NCBI GenBank assembly: GCA_964494395.1 | Contig: CAZBTI010000008.1 | Span: 1-52,279 of the forward strand | Reading direction: 5' to 3' | Source: an uncultured Acidimicrobiales bacterium | GTDB taxonomy: Bacteria; Actinomycetota; Acidimicrobiia; Acidimicrobiales; SHLQ01 | Length of the DNA: 52,279 nt | In this document: piece by piece, positions 42,583 to 51,883 of the stretch | How the letters are laid out: every line of letters starts with the position of its first letter | How positions within the stretch are numbered: position 1 is the stretch's first letter | Program-made: the position numbers and the translations under genes | The notes under the pieces: model-generated | What the model was told of the DNA's origin: nothing | What the model saw: only the letters and a program-made list of their open reading frames with translations | The model's database searches: none

Positions 42583-44313
42583 GTGGTCAAGATCTCTGTG
42601 AGCCCCTCCGACAAACCATCCGCGTCCGGCGATAAGCCCAAGCGCTCCGCGTCCGTCCTGGTCGCCGCTGGCATCCTCTTTTCGCGCCTTGCCGGAGTTA
42701 TCCGGACATCGGTGTTTGCAGCATTCCTCGGTGTGGGCGCAGCGAACGATGCCTTCGTCACCGCCACGCGCATTCCGAACGTGCTCCAGATGCTGCTCGG
42801 CGAAGGCACGCTCTCAGCCTCGTTTATCCCCGTGTACTCGACCGAGATTGAGCGAGACGAAGAAGAGGCAGGACGCATCGCTGGTGCAATCGCCGCGCTG
42901 CTGGCTCTCGTCGCAGCCATCATCGTCATCCTCAGCACGATATTCGCCGAACAGATTGCTTGGGCGGTACTACTCGGGAAGACCGACGACGTGCGCTTTG
43001 ACCTCACGGTCAGCTTGCTGCGCATCATCTTCCCATCGGCCGGGCTGCTCGTGCTCTCGGGTTGGTGCCTCGGCATTCTCAACAGCCACCGGCAGTTCTT
43101 CCTCTCCTATGTCGCCCCCGTCTTGTGGAACATCGCTCAGATCGCCGCAGTCATCGGTGGCGTGGTGTTCTTCGCCATCGGCGACACCTCGGTACTTGGT
43201 GGAAGCACTGAGGAGATCAACGATCAGCTGAAGGACGGCTCGACCAATATCGAGATCTTGGGCGAAGTCGCGCGAGTAGCAGCGTGGGGATTCCTCGCCG
43301 GCTCAGCGCTCCAGTTCGGTATTCAATTGCCCTTCGTCTTTAAGGTAGCCAAGGGTCTGAGCTTCAAACTCGACCTTCGCAGAGCCGGTGTTCGTGCAGT
43401 CCTGAAGCGATTCGGCGAGACCGTCATTGGACGAGGCGTCATTCAAATCTCCGCGTTTGCGGACACGATCTTGGCCGCGGCTATCACCATCGGTGCGGTC
43501 ACCGCAGTCGGCACAGCGCAAATTCTCTACATCCTTCCGATCAGTGTGTTCGCCGTCAGCGTGGCTGCCGCCGAGCTCCCCGAGCTGAGTCGGCTCAAAG
43601 ATCACGAGGAGATTCGCACTCGTGGTGAAGGCGGATTCGCCCAGATCGCGTTCTTCGTCTCGTTCACCGCATTGGCCTACATCCTGCTCGGCGACAAGAT
43701 CGTGGCCACGCTCTTCGAACGGAGAAACTTCACGAGTGACGACACCCTGCTGATCTGGTTCACCCTCGGCACCTATGCGCTCGGCCTCGCACCATCGGCA
43801 CTTTCTCGCCTTACGCAGAACACCCTGTGGTCGCAAGGAGACACACGAAGCCCAGCGCTTGTCGCCGTTGTTCGCGTGGTCATCGCTATTGCCATCGCTG
43901 CGGTAGCGAGACTTTTCTTCGACCAATTCGGTCCAGACGATGTCCGCTCTTGGCTTCCGACCCTGTTCGACGGCGGTACACGCAACTCAGCGCTTCGATT
44001 CGGAGCTATGGGCATCACCTTCGGCTCGGCGGTCGCTGCTTGGGTCGAAGGAATCTTGCTGTGGCGTGCAGCTGATCGGGCCGTCCCTGGCGTCTCGCCG
44101 CTTCGACCCATCAAAGCCCTCATTCCAGCACTCATCGCAGCCGCCACTGTTGCCATCGGCATGCGGTTTGCGACCGACGATATGTGGCCTCCGCTCGCCA
44201 TGGTTCTTTCGGTCGGGCTATCGGGATTGACCTACCTGATCGTTTGCTGGATGACGAAGGTCAAAGCACTCAACGTGCTCTTGGTCGGACCACTTCGCTC
44301 GCTGCGCCGTTAA
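42583..44313 (+). CDS. murJ: Lipid II flippase MurJ (MviN family)
   Basis: 576 aa. ..GILFSRLAGVIRTSVFAAFLGVGAANDAFVTATRIPNVLQMLLGEGTLSASFIPVY.. and about 14 TM helices. GTG start is tentative. Confidence 0.88.
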   Translation: MVKISVSPSDKPSASGDKPKRSASVLVAAGILFSRLAGVIRTSVFAAFLGVGAANDAFVTATRIPNVLQMLLGEGTLSASFIPVYSTEIERDEEEAGRIAGAIAALLALVAAIIVILSTIFAEQIAWAVLLGKTDDVRFDLTVSLLRIIFPSAGLLVLSGWCLGILNSHRQFFLSYVAPVLWNIAQIAAVIGGVVFFAIGDTSVLGGSTEEINDQLKDGSTNIEILGEVARVAAWGFLAGSALQFGIQLPFVFKVAKGLSFKLDLRRAGVRAVLKRFGETVIGRGVIQISAFADTILAAAITIGAVTAVGTAQILYILPISVFAVSVAAAELPELSRLKDHEEIRTRGEGGFAQIAFFVSFTALAYILLGDKIVATLFERRNFTSDDTLLIWFTLGTYALGLAPSALSRLTQNTLWSQGDTRSPALVAVVRVVIAIAIAAVARLFFDQFGPDDVRSWLPTLFDGGTRNSALRFGAMGITFGSAVAAWVEGILLWRAADRAVPGVSPLRPIKALIPALIAAATVAIGMRFATDDMWPPLAMVLSVGLSGLTYLIVCWMTKVKALNVLLVGPLRSLRR

Positions 44314-44374
44314 AGCACAACGATCCCGTGTACTTTTCGTCGTTCGGGTCCAGGAACGGACTACGATCAACGCC

Positions 44375-45169
44375 ATGATCACAACGTTGAAGAAATGGTG
44401 GAAGTACCTCACTGCAAAGGCTGACTCGGAGTTCGAAAAGAACGCAGATCCGAAGATCCAGCTCGAGCAAGCAATTCGTGAAAGCAAAGAGCAGCACCAG
44501 CGCCTGAAGGAACAGGCCGCCAACGTCATTGCGCATCAAAAGCAGACCGAGATGCGCCTCGACAAGTCGATGGAAGAGCTCGAGAAGCTCACCAGCAATG
44601 CCCGTCAGGCCGTGATGATGGCCGACGAAGCCATGCAGCGAGACGATGAGACCAAGGCAGTGGAATACACCAGTGCCGCCGAAGCATTTGCCCAGCGTTT
44701 GATCGCCGTTGAGCAAGAGGTCGAGGACCTCAAGGCGCTTCACCTCCAAGCCACCCAGTCGGCAAACGAAGCCAAGACCGCCGTATCGCAGAACTCCGAT
44801 CGCCTTCAGACCAAGCTCGCCGAGCGTCAGAAGCTGCTGAGCCAACTCGACCAGGCCAAGATGAAAGAGCAGATGAACGAGGCCATGGACTCGCTGACCG
44901 AGCAGGTCGGAAGTGACACCCCATCACTCGATCAGGTCCGCGACAAGATCGAAGGCCGTCTCGCAAAGGCCCAGGCATCGTCAGACCTCAGCGCATCATC
45001 GACCGAAGGCCGTATGGCCGAAATCGAAGCAGCAGCAAAGGGCACCCAAGCCAAGGCTCGCCTCGAGAAGCTGAAGAGCGAACTCGGTGTCGGATCGGTC
45101 ACGACCGCAACGCCAAGCGACGCCACCACTGCCGCACCCGAAGAGGGCGGCACCACCGCAACCGCATGA
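44375..45169 (+). CDS. pspA: PspA/IM30 (ESCRT-III-like) family protein
   Basis: 264 aa. N-terminal amphipathic MITTLKKWWKYLTAKADSEF, ..DPKIQLEQAIRESKEQ.., long heptad coiled coil, Thr/Ala-rich tail. Confidence 0.88.
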   Translation: MITTLKKWWKYLTAKADSEFEKNADPKIQLEQAIRESKEQHQRLKEQAANVIAHQKQTEMRLDKSMEELEKLTSNARQAVMMADEAMQRDDETKAVEYTSAAEAFAQRLIAVEQEVEDLKALHLQATQSANEAKTAVSQNSDRLQTKLAERQKLLSQLDQAKMKEQMNEAMDSLTEQVGSDTPSLDQVRDKIEGRLAKAQASSDLSASSTEGRMAEIEAAAKGTQAKARLEKLKSELGVGSVTTATPSDATTAAPEEGGTTATA

Positions 45170-45846
45170 CCCCTGAACAGCTCCGAGCGCTGCGCGAGTC
45201 GGCGGTCAACATCATTGCCTACGAGAACCAACTCGAGGCACAACGAACCAAGCTGTACGGCGAACTTGAGCGGGCCAACACGAATGCCCGTCAAGCCGTG
45301 CTCATGGCCTCCGAAGCTGAGCAGGCCGGCGAGGCTGCAGACGCTGCGAGGTTCAGCGAATCGGCCGAGTTGATCGCAGGCGAGATCGTGAGCATCGACA
45401 CCCAGATCGCTGCTATCGATATCGAGTTGATCGAAGCCAAACAGGCATCGGAAGAAGCAAAGTCCATCGCATCTGATTCGGCGATCGAAATGACGCAGAT
45501 GAAAGCAAAGGGCGCAGCGCTTCGGGCCGACTTTGAGCGGGCCAAGATGGCCGAGGCCACACTCGAGGCCGAAGGCGGCACGAGCTTCGATTCGGTCAAA
45601 GGCAAGATCGACAACCGCGTGGCTACCGCCGAGGCGCGTGCCGAACTCGATGCTGTCGAGAGCAAAAATGATGTTGCTGGTGCAACAGCGATGGTCGAAC
45701 AGGCTGCGGCCGAATCAAAGGCAGCAGCAAAGCTCGCCGAGATCCGCAACCAGATGGGTTTCGTGAGCGCCGCTCCCCAGGACGCAGTAACACCACCTAC
45801 TGATCCTGCCGAGGATGACGCCTCCGAAGACGACAATAACGACTAG
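45166..45846 (+). CDS. N-terminally shortened PspA/IM30 paralogue
   Basis: 226 aa. ATGA overlap with pspA. AVNIIAYENQLEAQRTKLYGELERANTNARQAVLMASEAEQ aligns with AANVIAHQKQTEMRLDKSMEELEKLTSNARQAVMMADEAMQ of the upstream gene. Acidic tail. Confidence 0.62.
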   Translation: MTPEQLRALRESAVNIIAYENQLEAQRTKLYGELERANTNARQAVLMASEAEQAGEAADAARFSESAELIAGEIVSIDTQIAAIDIELIEAKQASEEAKSIASDSAIEMTQMKAKGAALRADFERAKMAEATLEAEGGTSFDSVKGKIDNRVATAEARAELDAVESKNDVAGATAMVEQAAAESKAAAKLAEIRNQMGFVSAAPQDAVTPPTDPAEDDASEDDNND

Positions 45847-48800
45847 GTCCCGGCGAGCGCCCCGAACGTCCAAATCGCGACACCGTGAGACTGATGCACG
45901 GTAAATTCTGCCTGGCCGGGGTACTCGCCGAGGTCAGCGAATCCGTGGAGGTACGGCCAATCAAACGGGTCGGGCGAGATTCCGCCACCGCGGAGGAAGT
46001 ACCTCAGGTACCACTCCGGCAGCGTGTGTGTAGGTGCAAGACCATAGAGCGGCGTACCCGGCCACACCGGGAAGCCGCTTCGCTGGTCGACGCCCAAAAT
46101 TCGGTCAGGACTATCGAAGCCGATTCCCGTGATCCAGGTCCTCCCCGCCGGGTTCGCTCCAAGGGCAAACTGTGCATTCAGGACGACCTGATCTCGGTAG
46201 TGATCTTCTCCGGTTAGAAGGTATGCGTACATGAGGCCGACCCCGTGAGCGTTAGACGGGCCACCCCCGAAGAACAGCTGACCGTTGACCGACTCAGGGA
46301 CCCACCCATAGGCGGTGAGCTCGGCCCCAACCAACAACCAGTCGGCAGCGGCGATGATGGAGTCGGCAGCGTTTTGTCGAACTGCGTCGTCTCCAAGGCC
46401 ATCGGGCAATGTGGCGTATCGCCACGCTCCTTCGCATGCGTAACCGTGGATGCATTGCAGAACTTCGATGCCATCTGAGAGAGGTGAGGTCGCCAAGAAC
46501 AGTTCGTTCCATTGTTCGTCCTCGGTCGCCCGATAGAGACTGGCCGCAGCATTGGTCCGTTGCACTGCGAGATCTGGGTCGGCATTCAGGTCGACCCGGC
46601 CCGCCTCGAGCTCGGCTTCGGCCCACTCCATTGCCCTGACAGCGCTGTCGCGTAGCTCCGCGGCCCGTTCGCTGTCGTAGCGGTCTAAGACGTATGCAGC
46701 GTCGGCCACGACCCACGAGTAGATCCAACTCGACCATGCATCGGGCGCATACACGAAGAGTTCGAGCGGATCGGTCCACGACGTCGTTCCCGCCAACGGG
46801 TGCTCTTCTGACTCGATACCGCCGCGAATAGCCCCGTCTGGAAGCTGCAGACGTCGATACGCGTCAATGCCCCACAAGGCCTCGTCGAGCAAGTCGGGCA
46901 CCCCATCACCTGATTCTGGAATCTGTAGTTCGATCGCCGCTACCTCATCGAATTGATCGACCAAGTCGACGAGGCGTCGGGCCGTCCAAAGGTGCTGGAT
47001 CCGTCGGTCCCAGTCGCCGGCATCGAAGTGCCCACCCCACGCATTGCTTACGGTCTCCTCGGTCGCGCGGGCCACGAGATCTTCAAACATGGGTCCGTCA
47101 CCGCGGCCGTTCGGGTCTTCGAAGAGCGACTGCTCGCTAACCGTTGGAGACCAGCCCTCGTCTGGGTGGTGAGCTCGGGGCCGCTCAAAGGCGGTGAAGG
47201 GTTGTTCTAGGGTGATGCCGGAACGTTGGTGGAACAGCGAGCGCGACACGGTCGACAGCACCGATGCCCATGGGCCGGAGTCGGTGACTTCGAAAGGGCT
47301 CGAGCAACCAATCGACTCAACACAGAAGCGATAGGTGCCGGCTGTTGATATGCCGTCGAGTACAAACTCGGCGGTCGGGCCTCCGCTGAGGTCGCCTCGA
47401 TACAGCTCGGTGTCCGTATTGGGAACAAACACCGCACCATTCACTTGGAGGACCGTTGTGCCTTGAGCATCGACGACCTCACCGCGTAGACCGTCCACTT
47501 CAACGGGGCTCTGCGTCGTGGTCCAGACCGTAACGAACGCCCGCTTTACATCGGCCGTGCCCCAACCAAGGTCGCTGGTCTTTACCGCTGGGCTCCATTC
47601 TCTGTCGCTGATACCGGACTCGACAGGCTCGTCAACACCCGGCAGGTTGATCGATATTTCACCATTTGGGATCGATCCGTTGGTGCGGACGTGGAATTGA
47701 TGGCGCATCGAGAAATCCGTTGTATCGACTTGGCCTGTCGGTGTGGAGATTCTGCCGATATCGATGACGTCCAATGGTGTTCCGTCAGCCGAGAGTACAA
47801 AGTCTTGGGCATCCCACAGCTCCGGTTCCAAGGCGGGGCCTTCGATGAACACCGGAACCCCGGCAACGTTAGTAACCTCACCGAGCTCGAAATCCACCTG
47901 CAGGACATCGCGAGCAACCCGGGAAACTCGAATGAACTCTGGATCGGCCTCACTACCGACGAGAGGCTGGAGCGGGCCGTCGAGCGTGAAGGTGGTGACA
48001 ACGGTGCCACCAACAAGAGCACCGGTTGAACTGCGATAGCGGAGAAAGAGCTCTTGTACACCGGTGGAAGGTACCGAAAGGTCGACTTGGCCAATCGCAT
48101 TCCAAGGAGCGTTTTGAAACGATGGGTCGGTCGCCAGTTGCACTTCTGAAGCACCTACGGGTGCTTGTTGAATGACATTCACCGATGCTGCCAGTGACGG
48201 ATGCGAGATTCGAATGTCGACCATGCTCGGGTCATCGAGAGTGTCGATTTCCGTTTCACACTGCGGCGTTGCAGTGTCCGAGCCATCGCCTCCGTCGCAC
48301 AGATCGATGCCAGCCTGACCGTCAAGACTGTCATCTCCACTCTCGCCGAACAGCTCGTCATCTCCGCCGCCACCCAGCAGCACGTCATCCCCGTCGCCGC
48401 CGTGCAAATTATCGTCGTTGACTGCCCCCTCGAGGATGTCTGCGCCCGGTCCGCCGAAGAGGTCATCGGAACCGTTGCCGCCTCGCAGCCGGTCATCTCC
48501 ATCAAGACCCAGAATCTCGTCTATTCCAGCGCCGCCTACAAGATCATCATCTGCAGGAGAACCGGTGATGATGTCATTGCCATTTCCACCACGAACCAGT
48601 TGACCAGTGCCTAAGTTGCCCCCGTCGCCGGAGTTGAGTACATCATCGCCGGCCCCTCCGATGAGCTGATCCACATCCGGCCCGCCTTCCAACGTGTCAT
48701 CACCTCCCTGGCCTCGAAGATCATCATCTCCACTGCCACCATCGAGTAGATCGTCACCCCCTCCGCCATTCAGGCTGTCGACGCCCATTTCGCCCATGAG

Positions 48801-49193
48801 CACATCGATACCCGCCCGACCGGCGAGGAAATCATCGCCGTCCCCACCAAAGATGGTGTCCATACCCGGCCCACCGTTGATCTGGTCGTCGCCGCCCCCA
48901 CCACAGATCGTGTCATCACCGGCTAAACCGAGAATCACATCGGGGCCCGGCGTACCCAAAATAACGTCGTCGTCCGTCGTGGGCACACCGCCCGTTGCGA
49001 GGTCGACCGTTACCACGAGATCGTTGCACGTCGAGGGTGTTGGTTCCAGCTGTAGAGCTACGTCGGTCGCGTGGGCCTGTGCCAGCCCAGTCGTGGCGAA
49101 GGAGGCGAGGAGCAGCACCAACGCTAGAGAGCAGATTTTCAGGAACCAGATCGCGCCAAGACTCCCCAGGCACCTTCGAATGAACTCACGCAC
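45843..49193 (-). CDS. Secreted multidomain protein: Sec signal peptide, RTX-type Ca-binding repeats, Ig-like/beta region, GH9-like (alpha/alpha)6 glycoside hydrolase domain
   Basis: 1116 aa. Signal ..LLLASFATTGLAQA-HA. About 25 GGxGxDxL-type nonapeptides. GH9 hallmarks ..RSLFHQRSG.. and ..WGGHFDAGDWDRR.. Confidence 0.8.
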   Translation of the reverse strand: MREFIRRCLGSLGAIWFLKICSLALVLLLASFATTGLAQAHATDVALQLEPTPSTCNDLVVTVDLATGGVPTTDDDVILGTPGPDVILGLAGDDTICGGGGDDQINGGPGMDTIFGGDGDDFLAGRAGIDVLMGEMGVDSLNGGGGDDLLDGGSGDDDLRGQGGDDTLEGGPDVDQLIGGAGDDVLNSGDGGNLGTGQLVRGGNGNDIITGSPADDDLVGGAGIDEILGLDGDDRLRGGNGSDDLFGGPGADILEGAVNDDNLHGGDGDDVLLGGGGDDELFGESGDDSLDGQAGIDLCDGGDGSDTATPQCETEIDTLDDPSMVDIRISHPSLAASVNVIQQAPVGASEVQLATDPSFQNAPWNAIGQVDLSVPSTGVQELFLRYRSSTGALVGGTVVTTFTLDGPLQPLVGSEADPEFIRVSRVARDVLQVDFELGEVTNVAGVPVFIEGPALEPELWDAQDFVLSADGTPLDVIDIGRISTPTGQVDTTDFSMRHQFHVRTNGSIPNGEISINLPGVDEPVESGISDREWSPAVKTSDLGWGTADVKRAFVTVWTTTQSPVEVDGLRGEVVDAQGTTVLQVNGAVFVPNTDTELYRGDLSGGPTAEFVLDGISTAGTYRFCVESIGCSSPFEVTDSGPWASVLSTVSRSLFHQRSGITLEQPFTAFERPRAHHPDEGWSPTVSEQSLFEDPNGRGDGPMFEDLVARATEETVSNAWGGHFDAGDWDRRIQHLWTARRLVDLVDQFDEVAAIELQIPESGDGVPDLLDEALWGIDAYRRLQLPDGAIRGGIESEEHPLAGTTSWTDPLELFVYAPDAWSSWIYSWVVADAAYVLDRYDSERAAELRDSAVRAMEWAEAELEAGRVDLNADPDLAVQRTNAAASLYRATEDEQWNELFLATSPLSDGIEVLQCIHGYACEGAWRYATLPDGLGDDAVRQNAADSIIAAADWLLVGAELTAYGWVPESVNGQLFFGGGPSNAHGVGLMYAYLLTGEDHYRDQVVLNAQFALGANPAGRTWITGIGFDSPDRILGVDQRSGFPVWPGTPLYGLAPTHTLPEWYLRYFLRGGGISPDPFDWPYLHGFADLGEYPGQAEFTVHQSHGVAIWTFGALAGT
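48279..48971 (-). repeat. Coding tandem repeats (hemolysin-type calcium-binding nonapeptides, aa ~75-305 of the GH9-like protein)
   Basis: GGGGDDQINGGPGMDTIFGGDGDDFLAGRAGIDVLMG...GGDGDDVLLGGGGDDELFGESGDDSLDGQAGID. Confidence 0.85.
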
Positions 49194-49254
49194 AGTGAGT
49201 GAGGGTAGACCGTTACAGGCTTTTAGGACGAACTTTGACTACTTTGAGTAGTTT

Positions 49255-50328
49255 TTAGTCGGAAATGATTACAAGGTCGTCGGCGTGAACGACGACCCCA
49301 CCGGGACCGGAAGCATCGCTCAGCTCCACCGAGCTTGTTCTGGCGATGCCCTTTGCGAAGACAGTGTCGTCGGGTCCGACGATTTCTATGGGGTTCCGTC
49401 GCTCAAACGATCCGTCGATCTTCGTAATGCCGACCGACAGCAACGAGGTGCCGCCGCTAATCAGTGCCTTACGTGCTCCTTCGTCGACGTGAATGGATGC
49501 CACCGACGGCATAGCGAACCCAATCCAGAGTTTGCGAGCGGTCAGGGTGACTTCACGCGGCTGTACCGAAGTCCCGACGCCGGGAACCCCGGCCACGGCA
49601 TCAGCAATGACGTTCGGCCGGACCGCGTTGGCTATAACAGTTCGCACGCCTGACCATGCAGCGATCTTTGCTGCAGTGAGCTTTGAAGCCATGCCACCGG
49701 AACCACGAACCGAACCCGCTCCGCCGGCCAGATCGTCGAGTTGCTGGTCAAACTCGACGATCTCATCGATGAGTGACGCGTTTGGATCGACGCTTGGGTC
49801 GGCGGTAAGTACGCCGTCGGTATCGGTGAGAAGAACAAGTGTGTCTGCTTCGACGATCGTTGCGACGAGCGCAGCGATTCGGTCGTTGTCGCCGTATCGA
49901 ATTTCGGCGTCGGTGACCGCATCATTTTCGTTGATAAGCGGGACCACTCCGAGTTCGTGCAACCGCTGCAGGGTTGACCTGGCGTGCAAGTATTGCTGGC
50001 GTTCGCCGAAGTTGTGCGGAGCGAGAAGGATCTGTCCAACGGCGTAGCCGTGCTGTTCCAGTGCGTCGGACCAGGTCTTGACGAGGGCGGGCTGGCCGAT
50101 AGAGGAGAGCGCCTGAAGCGTTACTGCGTTGGTGGGTCGATCGGCGGCGGCGATATTCATCACCGGCATGCCGGCGGCGATCGCACCCGAGGTGACGATT
50201 GTGACCTTTGCGCCTTCGGCCCTCAACGCGGCGACTTCGTCGGCGACCTTGCTGATCACCGACGCGTCGATGACACCGTCCGCGCTGGTCAGCGAAGACG
50301 TGCCGATCTTGATCACAACCCCATTCAC
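49255..50328 (-). CDS. proB: Glutamate 5-kinase (with C-terminal PUA domain)
   Basis: 357 aa. VIKIGTSSLT, ..VTSGAIAAG.., ..NENDAV...GDNDRIAALVA.. Confidence 0.93.
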   Translation of the reverse strand: MNGVVIKIGTSSLTSADGVIDASVISKVADEVAALRAEGAKVTIVTSGAIAAGMPVMNIAAADRPTNAVTLQALSSIGQPALVKTWSDALEQHGYAVGQILLAPHNFGERQQYLHARSTLQRLHELGVVPLINENDAVTDAEIRYGDNDRIAALVATIVEADTLVLLTDTDGVLTADPSVDPNASLIDEIVEFDQQLDDLAGGAGSVRGSGGMASKLTAAKIAAWSGVRTVIANAVRPNVIADAVAGVPGVGTSVQPREVTLTARKLWIGFAMPSVASIHVDEGARKALISGGTSLLSVGITKIDGSFERRNPIEIVGPDDTVFAKGIARTSSVELSDASGPGGVVVHADDLVIISD

Positions 50329-50337
50329 AGAAGAACC

Positions 50338-51621
50338 CTAGTCAGCTTCGTATTCGAAGCTGATGTCTCCAATGTGGACTATGTCTCCCTCGCGAGCGCC
50401 CGCCTTACTCAGCGCTTTGTTGACCCCCAGCGAGTCGAGACGATTTTGCGCGTGCTCGAGCGCTTGTGGATCGGTGAGATCGCTAAGGCGCACGGCCTTG
50501 AGCGCTTGCCGCCCGTGGACGACGTATTGGTCATTTCCGACTCGCTCGACCGAAATTGTCTCGGCCACAGGGCGGTGGATAACGATCTCACTGGTGTCGA
50601 GTTCGGCTTCTCCCCGTCGCACTTCTTTGACGGCGTCGGCCATCTTGCCCAGCAGTTGGGGAAGGCCCTGACCGGTAACCGAGGAGATGGTCAGAAGTTC
50701 GTTTCCTTGAGCGTCGAGCACGGGTGTATCTCCGTCGTTCGAGTGAGCCGACATATCGGCCTTCGACGCAACGAGAATTCGTGGTCGGTCGAGAAGGTCG
50801 GGTTGGTACGCCTCGAGTTCGGTGAGCAGCGCCGTTTCTTGTTCGGCGGGGGTCACGCCTTCCCAACTGGCCGTGTCGAGCAGAACAACGAGGACTCGGG
50901 CGCGTTCGACGTGACGGAGGAATTGGTGGCCGAGGCCTTTGCCCTCGGCAGCCCCTTCGATGAGGCCAGGGATATCGGCGACGACCATCTCGAAGTCGTC
51001 TTTGTCGTCCTCGATTCGCACCACGCCGAGGTTGGGCTCGAGCGTGGTGAATGGGTAGTTCGCGATCTTGGGCTTGGCCGCAGAGATGCGAGAGATGAGT
51101 GTGCTCTTGCCCACGTTTGGGAACCCGACGAGCGCCACGTCGGCAACGAGTTTGAGTTCGAGGTGGAGCCAGCGTTCTTCGCCCTCTTCGCCTTGCTCGG
51201 CAAAGACTGGGGCGCGGCGCTTGTTCGAGAGGAAGCGGGCGTTGCCCTTGCCTCCTTCGCCACCTGCCGCTGCGAGGAAGCGGTCGCCGTGGTTGGAGAG
51301 GTCGGCGAGTTCGCTGCCGTCGAAGTGATAGATGACGGTGCCTTCGGGGACCATCACTTCGAGGTCGGTCGCCGAAGTGCCGTGCTTCTTCTTGCTGCTC
51401 CCGTGCTTTCCCGAGCCCGCCTTACGGTGCGGATGGTCTCGAAAGTTCAGGAGTGAGGCGGTGTTGTGGTCGGCAACGAACCAGACGCTGCCGCCGCTGC
51501 CGCCGTCACCGCCGTCGGGGCCACCTTTAGAGACATGGGCTTCGCGACGGAATGACACGCACCCAGCGCCACCATTGCCGCCCTGCACATTGATGTTGCA
51601 CTCATCAACAAAATTGCTCAT
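50338..51621 (-). CDS. obg: GTPase Obg/CgtA
   Basis: Start at MSNFVDECNINVQGGNGGAGCVSFRREAHV..GGPDGGDGG (Obg fold). G domain GFPNVGKSTLIS, DIPG, SKAD. The ORF is open 65 codons further upstream. Confidence 0.93.
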   Translation of the reverse strand: MSNFVDECNINVQGGNGGAGCVSFRREAHVSKGGPDGGDGGSGGSVWFVADHNTASLLNFRDHPHRKAGSGKHGSSKKKHGTSATDLEVMVPEGTVIYHFDGSELADLSNHGDRFLAAAGGEGGKGNARFLSNKRRAPVFAEQGEEGEERWLHLELKLVADVALVGFPNVGKSTLISRISAAKPKIANYPFTTLEPNLGVVRIEDDKDDFEMVVADIPGLIEGAAEGKGLGHQFLRHVERARVLVVLLDTASWEGVTPAEQETALLTELEAYQPDLLDRPRILVASKADMSAHSNDGDTPVLDAQGNELLTISSVTGQGLPQLLGKMADAVKEVRRGEAELDTSEIVIHRPVAETISVERVGNDQYVVHGRQALKAVRLSDLTDPQALEHAQNRLDSLGVNKALSKAGAREGDIVHIGDISFEYEAD

Positions 51622-51695
51622 TACTCTCCTCGACAATCCCAGTCGAGATCCGTGGAAATCGACATGGTTACTACGCGAGCTTCGTTCCCCCAAGC

Positions 51696-51736
51696 TCAAA
51701 AAGCAAAGGACCAGCGCCAAAGCGCTGGATCCTTTG
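51696..51736 (-). terminator. Rho-independent terminator downstream of rpmA
   Basis: The minus strand reads AAAGGATCCAGCGC-tttg-GCGCTGGTCCTTT (13-bp stem with one bulge) followed by GCTTTTTGAG. Confidence 0.6.
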
Positions 51737-51883
51737 AAACCAAATAACTCGCCCCGGTCCGACTCAGTATCCCAGCGAGGAGACCCGCAAGGAGCGAAGC
51801 GTCTCCGACTCTCCAAACGCCAGAGCGTTTTCGCCGGAGCGAAGCGAAGGCGAAAAGGCGAGTTTGCCGAACTCCGACAGGAG

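Noticed and set aside
45843-45846. Convergent stop codons of the pspA paralogue (TAG) and the GH9-like gene (TAG on the minus strand) overlap in the palindrome CTAG, with no terminator between them.
   Set aside because: The observation is real but probably inconsequential, because compact convergent ends are common. It is noted only as a caveat for transcription-termination models.
45843-49193. Type I secretion substrate interpretation of the RTX-repeat protein.
   Set aside because: The protein has an N-terminal Sec-type signal peptide, the repeats are N-terminal rather than near a C-terminal secretion signal, and no ABC/MFP/TolC genes are adjacent. The ABC ATPase at 28-1050 is 45 kb away and is an importer/ABC-2-like NBD.
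121-51456. Many long ORFs lie antisense to or overlap the called genes. Examples: 121-768+, 1970-2782+, 2571-3311+, 3890-4744+, 8216-9043-, 9076-10113-, 10413-11012-, 11043-11792-, 11522-12361-, 14783-15598+, 15426-16202-, 18040-18669+, 18673-19929+, 20476-21384+, 27799-28794-, 34588-35382-, 36289-36939-, 38745-39767+, 39828-41003+, 41075-41887+, 43303-43926-, 44270-44845-, 45291-45836-, 49984-51456+.
   Set aside because: They are typical shadow ORFs of high-GC DNA. Each fully overlaps a gene with clear homology on the other strand or frame. Their translations are Arg/Ala/Pro/Ser-rich with no recognisable motifs.
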